This document shows, one piece after another, positions 9,594-19,374 of a stretch of DNA of 64,000 nucleotides (positions within the stretch are counted from its first letter, which is position 1; every line of letters starts with the position of its first letter). Source of the stretch: Mycobacteriales bacterium (GTDB lineage Bacteria > Actinomycetota > Actinomycetes > Mycobacteriales > QHCD01); the NCBI GenBank assembly GCA_038253135.1, contig JBBSHJ010000004.1, positions 801 through 64,800 of the forward strand, read 5' to 3'. The notes below the pieces were generated by a model that saw only the letters and a program-made list of their open reading frames with translations, did not search any database and was not told the origin of the DNA. The position numbers and the translations under genes are program-made.

Positions 9594-10094
9594 ATGAGCG
9601 AGCACCCGACGCCGGTGATCCGCCCGATCACCGAAGCCGACCTTCCCGGAGTCGTCGCGATGGTGCACCAGCTGGCGGCCTACGAGCGGGACGCCGACGC
9701 GTGCACGCTCACCGAGGGGCAGCTGCGGGCCGCGATCTTCGTGCCGAACGCGGCGCTCTACGGCCACGTCGGCGAGATCGACGGCGAGCTGGCCGGGATC
9801 TCGCTGTGGTTCCTGAGCTTTTCGACGTGGGAGGGCAAGCACGGCATCTACCTCGAGGACCTGTTCGTCTCCCCGGCCAAGCGCCGTTCAGGGGTCGGCC
9901 TCGCCCTGCTGCGCGAGCTCGCCAGCATCTGCGTCGCCCGGGACTACGGACGGCTGGAATGGTCCGTGCTCGACTGGAACACCCTCGCCCGCGGCTTCTA
10001 CCGCTCGCTCGGCGCGCACCCGATGGACGAATGGCATGTGTGGCGGTTGCACGGTGCGGCACTGGCCCGGCTGGAGGGCAATGCCCCGGACTAG
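9594..10094 (+). CDS. GNAT family N-acetyltransferase
   Basis: 166 aa. RRSGVGLALLREL acetyl-CoA binding-type motif (R/Q-x-x-G-x-G/A). Confidence 0.8.
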   Translation: MSEHPTPVIRPITEADLPGVVAMVHQLAAYERDADACTLTEGQLRAAIFVPNAALYGHVGEIDGELAGISLWFLSFSTWEGKHGIYLEDLFVSPAKRRSGVGLALLRELASICVARDYGRLEWSVLDWNTLARGFYRSLGAHPMDEWHVWRLHGAALARLEGNAPD

Positions 10095-10100
10095 CGCAGC

Positions 10101-10529
10101 TCATCGCGCGTCGCGGAGCAGCGCGGCGCGCGATTCGGGCAGGGCGAGCAGGGCGAGCATCGCAATCGTCAGCACGAGGATCGGTACGCCGTAAGCGGTG
10201 CGGCCGGCCTGCACCCCGATGCTGAACCCGACCGGGATGAACACCAGCTGCAGCACCACGAGCGGTGTGCGCGCCCACAGACGCCGGGAGAGCACGGCGT
10301 ACGCGAGCCACCCGATCAGGCCGGCGCCCAGCAGCGCGAAGGCGGCCGCGCCGAGCGCGGCGGACGCATGTGTGGGGTGGTCCTCGACGGTGCCCTCGAG
10401 CAGGTAGCCGGCCGCCGCGAGCAGGGCGAGCGCCTCGAGCGTCGCGATCGCGAGCACGCCCTGCAAGGTCCAGGGGGCTGCCCTCACCACGCCCCAGCCG
10501 GCTCGGGCCGGGGCCGCGCCGTCCGTCAC
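10101..10529 (-). CDS. Small integral membrane protein
   Basis: Four predicted TM helices. GTG 10529 chosen so as not to overlap the divergent gene at 10594 (track start 10640). Confidence 0.55.
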   Translation of the reverse strand: MTDGAAPARAGWGVVRAAPWTLQGVLAIATLEALALLAAAGYLLEGTVEDHPTHASAALGAAAFALLGAGLIGWLAYAVLSRRLWARTPLVVLQLVFIPVGFSIGVQAGRTAYGVPILVLTIAMLALLALPESRAALLRDAR

Positions 10530-10593
10530 GTGACCGATGGTATCCGCGCCGGGCTCGGGCACTCGCGGCGGCGATCGCCTGCCTCGATAGGCT

Positions 10594-11616
10594 TTGACCG
10601 TGCGCGCGTTGGTGGTGGTCAACCCCCATGCGACCGCCACGTCCCGCCACCTGCGGGAGATCCTGCTCCAGGCGCTCGGCCGTGCGGCCTCCGTCGATGT
10701 CGCAGCGACGCACTACCGTGGGCACGGCATCGCCCTCGGCGCCCAGGCTCGGAACGACGGCGTGGACCTCGTCGTGACGCTCGGAGGGGACGGCACGGTC
10801 AACGAGGTCGTGAACGGCCTGCTCGGCGACGGGTCGCTGGCGGACGGACCCAGCGCGGACACCCGACCGCTGCCGACGTTCGCAGTCGTGCCCGGCGGGT
10901 CCGCCAACGTCTTCGTGCGAACGCTCGGCTTCTCCCGCGATCCGATCGCGGCATCGGCGCAGTTGCTCGAGTCCATCAGGCGAGACCGCACCCGTGCCAT
11001 CGGTCTGGGACGGGTCGGATCGCGCTGGTTCACCTTCAACGCCGGGTTCGGGTTCGACGCCGAGGTCATCGAGCGGGTGGAGCGCTACCGCAGCCAGGGC
11101 CGTGAGGCGTCCCCGGCGCTGTACGTCCAGGCGGCGCTCGCCCAGTTCGCCCGGGCCAGGGACCGCCGCTACCCGTCGGTCACCCTCACCGGCGGGCCCG
11201 GCGGCCCGGTCGGCGGGCTGTTCTTCGGCATCGTCGCCAACGCCGCGCCGTGGACCTACCTGGGCCCGCGGCCGGTCAACCTGCTCCCCCGCGCCTCGTT
11301 CGATACCGGCCTCGACCTGCTCGCGCCGCGCTCGATGCGCACCTCGACGCTGGCCAGGGTGGCCGCGCGCGCCGCGATCGCCGCGCGGCCGAGCGGCCGG
11401 CCGCGGCACTCGATGCTGGAGCTGCACGATCTCGACGAGTTCACGCTGACCTCGACCGTGCCGCTGCCGGTCCAGGTCGACGGTGATTTCCTCGGCCGGC
11501 ACTCGACCGCGACATTCACCGCCCAGTCGCGAGCGATCACGGTTCTGGCGGGACCGCGCGGCGCGGCACCCCTGCGGCTGTCCGCGCCGCGCCGAAGGAT
11601 CCTCAAGGCCAGGTAA
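10594..11616 (+). CDS. Diacylglycerol-kinase-family lipid kinase
   Basis: VVVNPHA..., LVVTLGGDGTVNEVVNGL (GGDGT motif). Confidence 0.85.
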   Translation: MTVRALVVVNPHATATSRHLREILLQALGRAASVDVAATHYRGHGIALGAQARNDGVDLVVTLGGDGTVNEVVNGLLGDGSLADGPSADTRPLPTFAVVPGGSANVFVRTLGFSRDPIAASAQLLESIRRDRTRAIGLGRVGSRWFTFNAGFGFDAEVIERVERYRSQGREASPALYVQAALAQFARARDRRYPSVTLTGGPGGPVGGLFFGIVANAAPWTYLGPRPVNLLPRASFDTGLDLLAPRSMRTSTLARVAARAAIAARPSGRPRHSMLELHDLDEFTLTSTVPLPVQVDGDFLGRHSTATFTAQSRAITVLAGPRGAAPLRLSAPRRRILKAR

Positions 11617-11787
11617 AGCACCAGCAGTACGCCGCCCAACGGGCTGGCACCTTCGGGCAAGGCTCCCGGCACGGCTGGTGGCACGGTCGGTGCGGGGGTC
11701 TTGCAACCGCGCCGGTTCGGATGCAACAGTTTGCCGTCGGAAGCTCACCCGGCCGCGATCCGCGGCCCGGGCGCGACCGGCCGTTAC

Positions 11788-11803
11788 GGTGAGCTATCTC
11801 ACC
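11788..11803. promoter_or_regulatory. CRP/FNR-type palindrome gGTGAgctatcTCACc
   Basis: Perfect GTGA-N6-TCAC inverted repeat in the whiB1 upstream region. Confidence 0.4.
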
Positions 11804-11846
11804 TGAAGGGCCCGAAACCTGCCGGACACCTTGACATCCACCCGGC

Positions 11847-11862
11847 TCGTGAAAGTATTCAC
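11847..11862. promoter_or_regulatory. CRP/FNR-type palindrome cGTGAaagtatTCACa
   Basis: GTGA-N6-TCACA. TTGACA at 11831-11836 lies just upstream, so the site would overlap a -10 region (TATTCA, N18). Confidence 0.4.
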
Positions 11863-11919
11863 AAGCAAAGGCGGGCAACCGCCGGAGAGACATAAGCGGT
11901 TCATTGTTCGTTGGCCGGG

Positions 11920-11949
11920 GCATGTTCTCCACACTCGTGTGGGGAACAT
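11920..11949. promoter_or_regulatory. 30-bp inverted repeat CATGTTCTCCACAC-tc-GTGTGGGGAACATG
   Basis: 14-nt arms with one mismatch, ~190 nt upstream of the whiB1 ATG. Operator or leader hairpin. Confidence 0.35.
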
Positions 11950-12140
11950 GAACGGGCCAGAAACACTGGTGACCTGCATCGAGCTGAGCAGCCCGCTGCG
12001 ATCGGGGCGCCGTACCGCGAAGCACCCGACCGACCGCAGGACCCACACGAGAGCCACAAACCCCAGACCACAGACCGCCGCAGACACGTAACCCACACCA
12101 CATACCCCAAGAAAAATTGACACAGAGGAGATGGCTAGAG

Positions 12141-12392
12141 ATGGATTGGCGCCACCGCGCCCTGTGCCGCGACGAAGATCCCGAGCTCTTCTTCCCGATC
12201 GGCAACACCGGGCCAGCTCTCATGCAGATCGAGCAGGCGAAAGCAGTCTGCCGCCGTTGTCCCGTCACCGAGCAGTGCCTGTCCTGGGCTCTCGAGAGCG
12301 GGCAGGACGCCGGCGTCTGGGGCGCGATGAGCGAAGACGAGCGCCGCGCCCTCAAGCGTCGTCGCGCCCGCGCCCGTGCCCGCGCCTCCTGA
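12141..12392 (+). CDS. whiB1: WhiB-family Fe-S transcription factor, WhiB1-like
   Basis: MDWRHRALCRDEDPELFFP..AKAVCRRCPVTEQCLSWAL..GVWGAMSEDERRALKRR. Four Cys and the GVWGG-like turn. Nearly collinear with my memory of M. tuberculosis WhiB1. GAGGAG 10 nt upstream of ATG 12141. Confidence 0.9.
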   Translation: MDWRHRALCRDEDPELFFPIGNTGPALMQIEQAKAVCRRCPVTEQCLSWALESGQDAGVWGAMSEDERRALKRRRARARARAS

Positions 12393-12507
12393 CCCATCCG
12401 CGTTCTCGCGCCGACCGGATCGGCACCGGCTCACCCGAACGGCCCGGACCTGAAACCGGTTCGGGCCGTTTCGTGTCGTACGCCGAGCGGCGAGCGACCG
12501 CGTCGGC

Positions 12508-13989
12508 TCAGCGGAGCAGCGGCAGCCGCAGGCGTGCCTCGGTGCCCCCGGGCCGATCACCGCCCGGAGCGCTCGCCAGCTCGATCCGCCCGCGCAGCTC
12601 GGACCCGACCAGGGTCCGCACGATCTGCAGCCCGAGCCGATCACTGCTGGCCAGGTCGAAGCCGTCCGGGAGGCCGGTCCCGTCGTCGGCGACCAGGACT
12701 CCGAGCTCGTGGTCGAGACGGTCCGCCCTGACCAGCACGGTTCCGCCTTCCGTCCCGACAAAGGCATGCTCCACCGCGTTCTGCATCAGCTCGGTCAGCA
12801 CCATGGCCAGCGGAGTCGCGATGTCCCCCGGCAGCTCACCGAACGCGCCCTCGCGCCGGAACACGACCGTCGATTCCGGAGCCGCCACCTCGGCGACCAT
12901 GCTCAGCAGCCGGTCCAGGATCGCATCGAAGTCGACCTGGTCGCCGATCGCAAGCGCCAGCGTCTCGTGCACGACGGCGATCGAGCTGACCCGGCGTACC
13001 GACTCCTGCAGCGCCAGCCGCGCGTCGTCGCCCCCGACCCGGCGGGCCTGGAGCCGCAGCAGCGCCGCGACCGTCTGCAGGTTGTTCTTGACCCGATGGT
13101 GGATCTCGCGGATCGTGGCGTCCTTGCCGGAGAGCTCGCGATCGCGCGAGCGCAAGTCGGTCACGTCGCGGATCAGCACCAGCGCACCCTCCCGGCGGCC
13201 GCCCGGCCGCAGCGGCAACGCCCGCACCAGGATCGTCACCCCGTGCGCGTCCATCTCGAGGCGGCCGGGAGATCCTCCCCGCAGGGCCGACCGGATCGCG
13301 GCCGAAACCAGGCCCGCCTCGAACGAATCGGGCGCGAGCGCCTCGGTCAGGCTCGGCAGGCGCTGGCCGAGGACGTCCCCGGCGACTCCGAGCCGGCGGT
13401 ACGCCGACAGCGCGTTCGGGCTGGCGTAGGTCACCGTCCCGCGACCGTCCAGCCGGAGCAGGCCGTCCCCGACCCGGGGCTCGCCCTGCTGCCCGGCGTC
13501 GCCGTCACCCGGCGGAAACCGGCCCTCGGCGATCATCTGACACAACTCCGCGGCTCCCTGCAGGTAGGCGAGCTCGAGCGCCGAGGGTGACCGGGCCGCG
13601 GCGAGGTTGGTGTCGCGGGACAACACGCCGACGACGGACCCGCCGCGGCGGATCGGGATCCCCTCCCGCCGTACCGGTAGATCGCCCTGCCAGTCGGGGT
13701 CGGTCTCGCGGCAGATGCGCCGCTCGCGCAGCGCTACCGCCAGGTGCAGCTCGGCGTCGAACGGCTGCCGTACGCCGACGAGGTCGTCATCGTGCGCGGT
13801 CGGGCCCGTCGTCGGGCGGGTCTGTGCGACGCACAGCAGGTCCCCCTCCGTCGTGACACACCACATCAGCAGGTCGGCGAAGGACAGGTCCGCGAGCAGT
13901 TGCCAGTCGCCGACCAGCAACTGCAGGTGGCCGATCTCGCCGGGCCGCAGCGCGGTATGGGCCTCGAGCAGGTCCGAGAGGGTGGACAC
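12508..13989 (-). CDS. pdtaS: GAF-PAS sensor histidine kinase (HisKA_2 type), PdtaS-like
   Basis: REIHHRVKNNLQTVAALLRLQ (H-box of HisKA_2) and an HATPase C-terminus. GTG 13989 lies 4 nt after the stop of the upstream gene. Adjacent to whiB1 as in mycobacteria. Confidence 0.8.
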   Translation of the reverse strand: MSTLSDLLEAHTALRPGEIGHLQLLVGDWQLLADLSFADLLMWCVTTEGDLLCVAQTRPTTGPTAHDDDLVGVRQPFDAELHLAVALRERRICRETDPDWQGDLPVRREGIPIRRGGSVVGVLSRDTNLAAARSPSALELAYLQGAAELCQMIAEGRFPPGDGDAGQQGEPRVGDGLLRLDGRGTVTYASPNALSAYRRLGVAGDVLGQRLPSLTEALAPDSFEAGLVSAAIRSALRGGSPGRLEMDAHGVTILVRALPLRPGGRREGALVLIRDVTDLRSRDRELSGKDATIREIHHRVKNNLQTVAALLRLQARRVGGDDARLALQESVRRVSSIAVVHETLALAIGDQVDFDAILDRLLSMVAEVAAPESTVVFRREGAFGELPGDIATPLAMVLTELMQNAVEHAFVGTEGGTVLVRADRLDHELGVLVADDGTGLPDGFDLASSDRLGLQIVRTLVGSELRGRIELASAPGGDRPGGTEARLRLPLLR

Positions 13990-13993
13990 CGCG

Positions 13994-14968
13994 TCAGACC
14001 GGCGCGTCCGGCGCGCCCTCCGCCGCGGCGAGCGCCTCGCGGAGGCTCGCGAAGCGGGCGGACACGAGGGCCGCCTGCTCGACCGGGAGCCCGGCAACGA
14101 GGTGGATGACGGCCGCCCGGATGTTGCCGTCGGCGGCGGTGAGGGCCAGGTTGGCCGCCGCGTCGTCCGTGCCGGCGGCCTGGGCGACAATCCGGCGCGC
14201 CCTGACCCGCAGCTTCTCGTTGGTCGGGCGGACGTCGACCATGAGATCGCCGTACGTCTTCCCGGCCTTGATCATCGCGACCGTGGAGATCGTGTTCAGG
14301 ACGAGCTTCTGCGCGGTGCCGGCCTTCAGGCGGGTCGAGCCGGATACGAATTCCGGCCCGACGACCACCTCGACCGCGATGTCGGCCGCGGCGGCGAGCT
14401 GGGACCCGCGGTTGCACACAACCGCTCCCGTGGTGGCTCCACGGGCATGGGCGGCGCGCACGGCCGCGATCGTGTACGGCGTCCGGCCGCTCGCCGCGAT
14501 TCCGATCAGGACGTCCGTGGGGCCGATGTCGAGATCGGAAGCGATCGCGGCGCCGGCGCTGACGTCGTCCTCGACGTCCTCGCGGGCCTCCGACGCCGCG
14601 GCCGCGCCACCCGCGATCACCGCCATCGCGCGGTGCGCGTCGATCCCGAACGTCGGCGGCAGCTCGGCCGCGTCCTGCTGGCCGACGCGCCCCGCCGTAC
14701 CTGCACCGGCGTAGATGAGCCGGCCGGTGCCGGCGAGACCGGCCGCCACCGCGTCGGCGAGCCGCGCGATCTCGGGAGCGGCCCGGCGTACCGCCGCCGC
14801 GACACTCGCGTCCTCATCGTTCATCGCCAGGACCAGCCCGAGCGTGTCCCGGATGTCGAGGTCGGCGCGCGATCCGTCTCGCCCCTCGGTGTCGAGACCG
14901 TCCAGCATCGCGCCGATGGGAGGGCCGCCCGCGCGAGGAGGACTGGTACGCCGGTGCGCCGCGGTCAC
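13994..14968 (-). CDS. murQ: N-acetylmuramic acid 6-phosphate etherase
   Basis: SIS domain. GRLIYAGAGTAGRVG, AASGRTPY, GSTRLKAGTAQK blocks. GTGA overlap with the upstream gene. Confidence 0.85.
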   Translation of the reverse strand: MTAAHRRTSPPRAGGPPIGAMLDGLDTEGRDGSRADLDIRDTLGLVLAMNDEDASVAAAVRRAAPEIARLADAVAAGLAGTGRLIYAGAGTAGRVGQQDAAELPPTFGIDAHRAMAVIAGGAAAASEAREDVEDDVSAGAAIASDLDIGPTDVLIGIAASGRTPYTIAAVRAAHARGATTGAVVCNRGSQLAAAADIAVEVVVGPEFVSGSTRLKAGTAQKLVLNTISTVAMIKAGKTYGDLMVDVRPTNEKLRVRARRIVAQAAGTDDAAANLALTAADGNIRAAVIHLVAGLPVEQAALVSARFASLREALAAAEGAPDAPV

Positions 14969-16059
14969 CAGGTCTCCGTCACCTTGCGCAGGCCGCGCGG
15001 CGCATCCGGATTGCCACCCCGGAGCACGGCCAGATCCCGCGAGAGCAATTGCATCGGCAGGATCTCCAGCAGCGGGGACAGCTCCTCGGCCACGACCGGC
15101 AGCGCGATCCGCGCCGCGCCCCGACCGTCGGCACCCGCGGCCGGACTGCCGCCGACGAACAGCACGTCGCCACCGCCGGCGACCAGCCGTTCGACTACCG
15201 GCGCCATCGCCTCACCGCCCCGACCGGGCGGGATCACCGTGATGACGGGCATCTCCTGGTCGACCACGGCCAGCGGCCCGTGCAGCAGGTCGGCTCCGGA
15301 GAAGGCCTGCGCCGACAGATAGCAGGTCTCCATCAGCTTCAACGCCGTCTCTCGTGCCGTCGGGTAGGAATAGCCGCGGCCGGTCACGATCATGCGCTCG
15401 GCGAACCGGTAGCGCGGTGCGATCGTGGTGACCGTGGACGCGCTGGATACGAGCAGATCGGCAGCCAGCCCGGGAATGTCCTGGGCAGCGCTCATCGCGC
15501 CGGCGGCACTGCCCTCGCGCGTGGCCTCGAGCAAGAGGTAGAGCGCCAGCAGCTCGGCGGTGTAGGTCTTCGTCGCGGCGATCGCGCGCTCGTGCCCGGC
15601 GCGAACATCGACATGGGCGTGCGCGAGCTCGGCCAGCGCGGACGAGGCGTAGTTGGTCACCGCCACGGTGTGCGCCCCGCACTCGCGGGCCGCCTGCAGG
15701 GAGCCGACGAGATCCGGCGAGCCGCCGGACTGGCTGATCGCAATCGCCAGGACGTCCCGCAGGTCCGGACGGGATCCGTAGACGGTCAGCGTGGACGGTG
15801 AGGCGAGCCCGACCGGCAGGCCGAGCCGGATCTCCAGCAGATACTTCGCGTAAAGCGCCGCATGGTCCGACGTACCCCTTGCGATGAGCAGCACGAACCG
15901 CGGCGAGCGCGCCCGGATCTGCCGCGCGACCGCGTCGATCTCGTCCCTGCCGTCGGCGAGCAGACCGGCCAGCACGTCCGGCTGCTCGGCGATGTCCAGC
16001 CCCATCTGGCTTCCCGCCGGCGCTGGGTCGATGCTCGCTCCGTCGTCGGTCAACGACAT
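14965..16059 (-). CDS. Tandem-SIS sugar-phosphate isomerase/deaminase (GlmS C-terminal-like)
   Basis: LIARGTSDHAA, AISQSGGSPD, VTNYASSALA. No glutaminase domain. Confidence 0.75.
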   Translation of the reverse strand: MSLTDDGASIDPAPAGSQMGLDIAEQPDVLAGLLADGRDEIDAVARQIRARSPRFVLLIARGTSDHAALYAKYLLEIRLGLPVGLASPSTLTVYGSRPDLRDVLAIAISQSGGSPDLVGSLQAARECGAHTVAVTNYASSALAELAHAHVDVRAGHERAIAATKTYTAELLALYLLLEATREGSAAGAMSAAQDIPGLAADLLVSSASTVTTIAPRYRFAERMIVTGRGYSYPTARETALKLMETCYLSAQAFSGADLLHGPLAVVDQEMPVITVIPPGRGGEAMAPVVERLVAGGGDVLFVGGSPAAGADGRGAARIALPVVAEELSPLLEILPMQLLSRDLAVLRGGNPDAPRGLRKVTETW

Positions 16060-16168
16060 TCCTGGTCGACCGTTACCGTCGCGGAACCTTCAGTCATGCG
16101 CACATTCTGTCGTACCGGCGGATCGGGCGCTTGATCTGTGGTCAGTACGGTGTCGGATACTTGGGCCC

Positions 16169-16699
16169 ATGTCGACTCCGGCCCGAACCGAACCCGCCAC
16201 CGCCGCTGCTGCCGTGCGGTTGGCCCGGCCCGAGGAGTACGACGCCGTCGGTGCATTGACCGTGTCGGCCTACGTCGCCGGTGGGCACCTGCCGGCCGGC
16301 GCCGACTACACCGCGGAGCTGCGCGAGGTCGAGCAACGAGCCGCCGCCGACCGCACCGAGGTGCTGGTCGCGCTCGACGAGCAGGGCCGCGTTGCCGGTT
16401 CGGTGACACTTGCGTTTCCCGGCAGCCCGTACGCCGAGGTCAGCCGGGACGGAGAGGCGGAGTTCCGGATGCTCGCGGTCGCACCGCCCGTGAGTGGCCG
16501 AGGCGTCGGTACGACGCTGGTGCGCGCGTGCCTGGCCCGGGCCCGGGCCCGCGGCTGCACCGGCATGGCACTGTCCACCCAGGCGAGCATGGGCGCGGCG
16601 CATCGCATCTACGGCCGGCTCGGCTTCCACCGGGCACCCACGCGCGATTGGTCGCCTGTCCCCGGTGTCGACCTGCACGTCTACGAGCTGGCCCTCTGA
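16169..16699 (+). CDS. GNAT family N-acetyltransferase
   Basis: In-frame ATG 16169 within track ORF 15884..16699. RMLAVAPPVSGRGVGTTLV motif. Confidence 0.75.
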   Translation: MSTPARTEPATAAAAVRLARPEEYDAVGALTVSAYVAGGHLPAGADYTAELREVEQRAAADRTEVLVALDEQGRVAGSVTLAFPGSPYAEVSRDGEAEFRMLAVAPPVSGRGVGTTLVRACLARARARGCTGMALSTQASMGAAHRIYGRLGFHRAPTRDWSPVPGVDLHVYELAL

Positions 16700-16769
16700 G
16701 AGCGGCGGCGGCCCTCGCCCGGCTCCGGCATGGCTCCATCTGTCCGTTCATCGCACCGGGTGAGAGCGT

Positions 16770-17420
16770 GTGCCCATGAATACTCTCGAGGGGGATGTCT
16801 CCGGCGAGGACGGCTCGGCGGGCCGAGCCGGCTACCGCCGGTCGACCCGGTCGCCGCGCGGGGAGGCCCGGCGACGGCAACTGCTCGACCGCGTCACCGA
16901 CGACCTTGCCGCCAACGGCCTGGTGGATTTCTCCCTCCGGCGGGCGGCGCGGGCGGCCGGCACCACGCACAAGGTGTTGCTGTATCACTTCGCCGGGGTC
17001 GACGACCTGCTCGGGCAGGCGATCCTCGAACTGCGCGAGCGGCGCATCGACCGGGCTCTGGCCGCCGCCACCGGCGGCCCGGCGCGACGGCCGCTGGCGG
17101 ACCGGATCCGCGCCCTGTGGCCCATCCTCGTGAGCGAGGAGGCGCGGGTGCTCGATCAGGCGATCGGCCTGACGATCTATGACCCCGACCGCTACGCGAA
17201 TCTGGGGCGGGAGGCGTCGAAGCAGTACCTGCCTGCACTCCTTTCGATGTGCCCCGGGCACTGGGCCGACCAGCGCAAGCTCGAGGTCGCCGAGATGATC
17301 CTGGCGGTCCTCCGGGGGTTCCTCGTGGACGCGCGAACCAGCGGCGACATGGCGGGGGTGGCCGCTGGATTCGAGGCGCTGGCCCGCGCGCTGGACCGGG
17401 AGGAGTCGGCGGACGGATAG
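16770..17420 (+). CDS. TetR-family transcriptional regulator
   Basis: N-terminal HTH: FSLRRAARAAGTTHKVLLYHF. Confidence 0.8.
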   Translation: MPMNTLEGDVSGEDGSAGRAGYRRSTRSPRGEARRRQLLDRVTDDLAANGLVDFSLRRAARAAGTTHKVLLYHFAGVDDLLGQAILELRERRIDRALAAATGGPARRPLADRIRALWPILVSEEARVLDQAIGLTIYDPDRYANLGREASKQYLPALLSMCPGHWADQRKLEVAEMILAVLRGFLVDARTSGDMAGVAAGFEALARALDREESADG

Positions 17421-17535
17421 GCCGGCGCCGGTGTCGCGAGAACGCGACGGAGCTCACCTGGACACGATGCGAACCGCATGGTTCACTTTAGTCAGCATCA
17501 TTTCTTCGCTGGATCTGAGCCACCCGGAGGTCGGC

Positions 17536-18489
17536 ATGGATAGGTCGGTAGAGCGCGAGCAGGTGCGCTTCGTCAGCGGCGGCACCGAGTGTGCCGCCTG
17601 GCACTATCCGGGAGTCAACGGTGGCTGCGTGATCATGGCCGGCGGGTTCGCGGTGCCCAAGGAACCGGGCACCGACCGCTTCGCGGCACGTTTCAACGCT
17701 GCCGGGTACGCCGTACTCGCCTTCGACTTTCGTCGCCTCGGGGACAGCGGCGGCCAACCGCGCCACGTCGTACGGCTGCGCGAACAATTGGCCGACTGGC
17801 GGGCCGCGATCACGTTCGCCGCCACGCTGCCCGACGTCGACCCCGCCAGGCTCGCGATCTGGAGCTTCTCGTTCACCGGCGGGCAGGTCCTTGATGTCGC
17901 GGCCCGCAATCCCGCACTGGCGGCGGCAATCGCGCAGACGCCGAATGCGGATGGCCCGGCCGCCGCTCGTCACGCGGCCCGCCACACCACGCCGCTCGCG
18001 CTGCTGCGGCTCACCGGCCGCGGCATCCTGGACGGGCTCGGCAGCCTCGTCGGCCGCCGGCCGCTGCTGGTGCCGACCACCGGTGAGCGCGGCACCGTCG
18101 CCCTCCTGAGCACCCCCGATGCCCTGGCCGGCTTTCACGCCCACGCGCTCGATCCCGACGGCCGGTATCCCGACTGGCAGCAGGCGGTAGCTGCCCGCTC
18201 CGCGCTGCGCGCCGGCTTGTACCGGCCCGGCCGCTACGCGTCTCGTATCCAGTGCCCGCTGCTCGTGCTCGCGTGCGAGCAGGATCAGTCCGCGCTGGCC
18301 GGGCCCGGCATCCGCGCCGCGCACCGAGCCCCCCGCGGAGAGTTGGTTGTGCTGCCCGGCGGGCATTACGCGCCGTTCATGGACGCGCACGAGCCGGCCG
18401 TCGAGGCCGAGCTGTCCTTCCTGCGCCGGCACCTGCCGGAACCGGCGGATCATTCCGCCCGCGCCGCCGCCGGCTCCACGGCCTACTGA
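17536..18489 (+). CDS. Alpha/beta-fold hydrolase
   Basis: ATG 17536 with GGAGG 5 nt upstream. WSFSFTGG nucleophile-elbow-like motif, C-terminal PGGHY. Confidence 0.7.
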   Translation: MDRSVEREQVRFVSGGTECAAWHYPGVNGGCVIMAGGFAVPKEPGTDRFAARFNAAGYAVLAFDFRRLGDSGGQPRHVVRLREQLADWRAAITFAATLPDVDPARLAIWSFSFTGGQVLDVAARNPALAAAIAQTPNADGPAAARHAARHTTPLALLRLTGRGILDGLGSLVGRRPLLVPTTGERGTVALLSTPDALAGFHAHALDPDGRYPDWQQAVAARSALRAGLYRPGRYASRIQCPLLVLACEQDQSALAGPGIRAAHRAPRGELVVLPGGHYAPFMDAHEPAVEAELSFLRRHLPEPADHSARAAAGSTAY

Positions 18490-18500
18490 GGCGGGCGGAC

Positions 18501-19355
18501 ATGAGAGAGATCGAGCTGTCGGCGGGGACGATCGAGTACGAGGACACCGGCGGCGACGGGCCGATTATCGTGCTGTTGCACGGGCTGATGATGGACGCCT
18601 CGCTGTGGGACGCACCGATCGCCGATCTGGCCACTCAGCACCGGTGCGTGGCCCCGACCCTCCCGCTGGGCGCGCACCGCCGGGCGATGCATGCCGATGC
18701 CGACCTATCGCTTCCTGGCATCGCGCGGCTGGTCGCAGAGTTCCTCGACCGGCTCGATCTGCGTGAGGTCACCCTCGTCGGCAACGACACCGGCGGCGCG
18801 CTCGTCCAACTGCTCATCGGCCTCATCGCCGGTGGCGCCGCACGGGTGGGACGGGTCGTGCTCGTCTCCTGCGAGGCGTTCGACAACTTCCCGCCGGGGC
18901 TGACCGGCCGGACACTCGTCCTGACCGGCAAGCTCTCGCCGAGGATGTTCGGGCTCTTCATGCAACAGATGCGGCTCCGACCGCTGCGCCGGCTCCCGAT
19001 CGCGTTCGGGTGGCTGACCTTGCGCGGGGACGCCGCGACGTCCCGGTGGATCAAGCCGGTCCTGATGCAGCCGGAGATCCGCCGCGACGCCGTGCGGGCC
19101 CTGCGGGCGGTCGGAGCCGACCCGCGCCTCATGCTCGAGGCGGCTCGATGCCTGCCGAGCTTCAACCGCCCGGCCCTCGTGGTCTGGGCCGGTGCGGACC
19201 GCGTGATGCCGCCCGAGCACGGCCGGCGACTCGCCGAGATCCTGCACGGACGGCTGATCGAGGTGGCGGACACCTACACCCTCATCCCGCTCGACCAGCC
19301 GGCGAGGCTCGCCCGGATCATCCGGGAATTCACCCGCGCGCCCGCAGGCGTCTAG
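18501..19355 (+). CDS. Alpha/beta-fold hydrolase
   Basis: ATG 18501. IVLLHGLMMD (HG oxyanion motif), LVGNDTGG nucleophile elbow with Asp (haloalkane-dehalogenase/epoxide-hydrolase style). Confidence 0.75.
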   Translation: MREIELSAGTIEYEDTGGDGPIIVLLHGLMMDASLWDAPIADLATQHRCVAPTLPLGAHRRAMHADADLSLPGIARLVAEFLDRLDLREVTLVGNDTGGALVQLLIGLIAGGAARVGRVVLVSCEAFDNFPPGLTGRTLVLTGKLSPRMFGLFMQQMRLRPLRRLPIAFGWLTLRGDAATSRWIKPVLMQPEIRRDAVRALRAVGADPRLMLEAARCLPSFNRPALVVWAGADRVMPPEHGRRLAEILHGRLIEVADTYTLIPLDQPARLARIIREFTRAPAGV

Positions 19356-19374
19356 GCGGGCGGCTAGCGATGGG

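Noticed and set aside
9709-11748. 679-aa minus-strand ORF
   Set aside because: It overlaps, in antisense, three plus-strand or minus-strand genes with clear motifs (GNAT, membrane protein, DAG-kinase-like). Its Arg/Pro/Gly-rich composition marks it as a shadow ORF.
12131-13429. 432-aa plus-strand ORF starting right after the GAGGAG upstream of whiB1
   Set aside because: It is out of frame with the clear WhiB1 sequence and then antisense to pdtaS. Its Ser/Arg/Pro-rich product has no motifs. The same SD serves ATG 12141 of whiB1.
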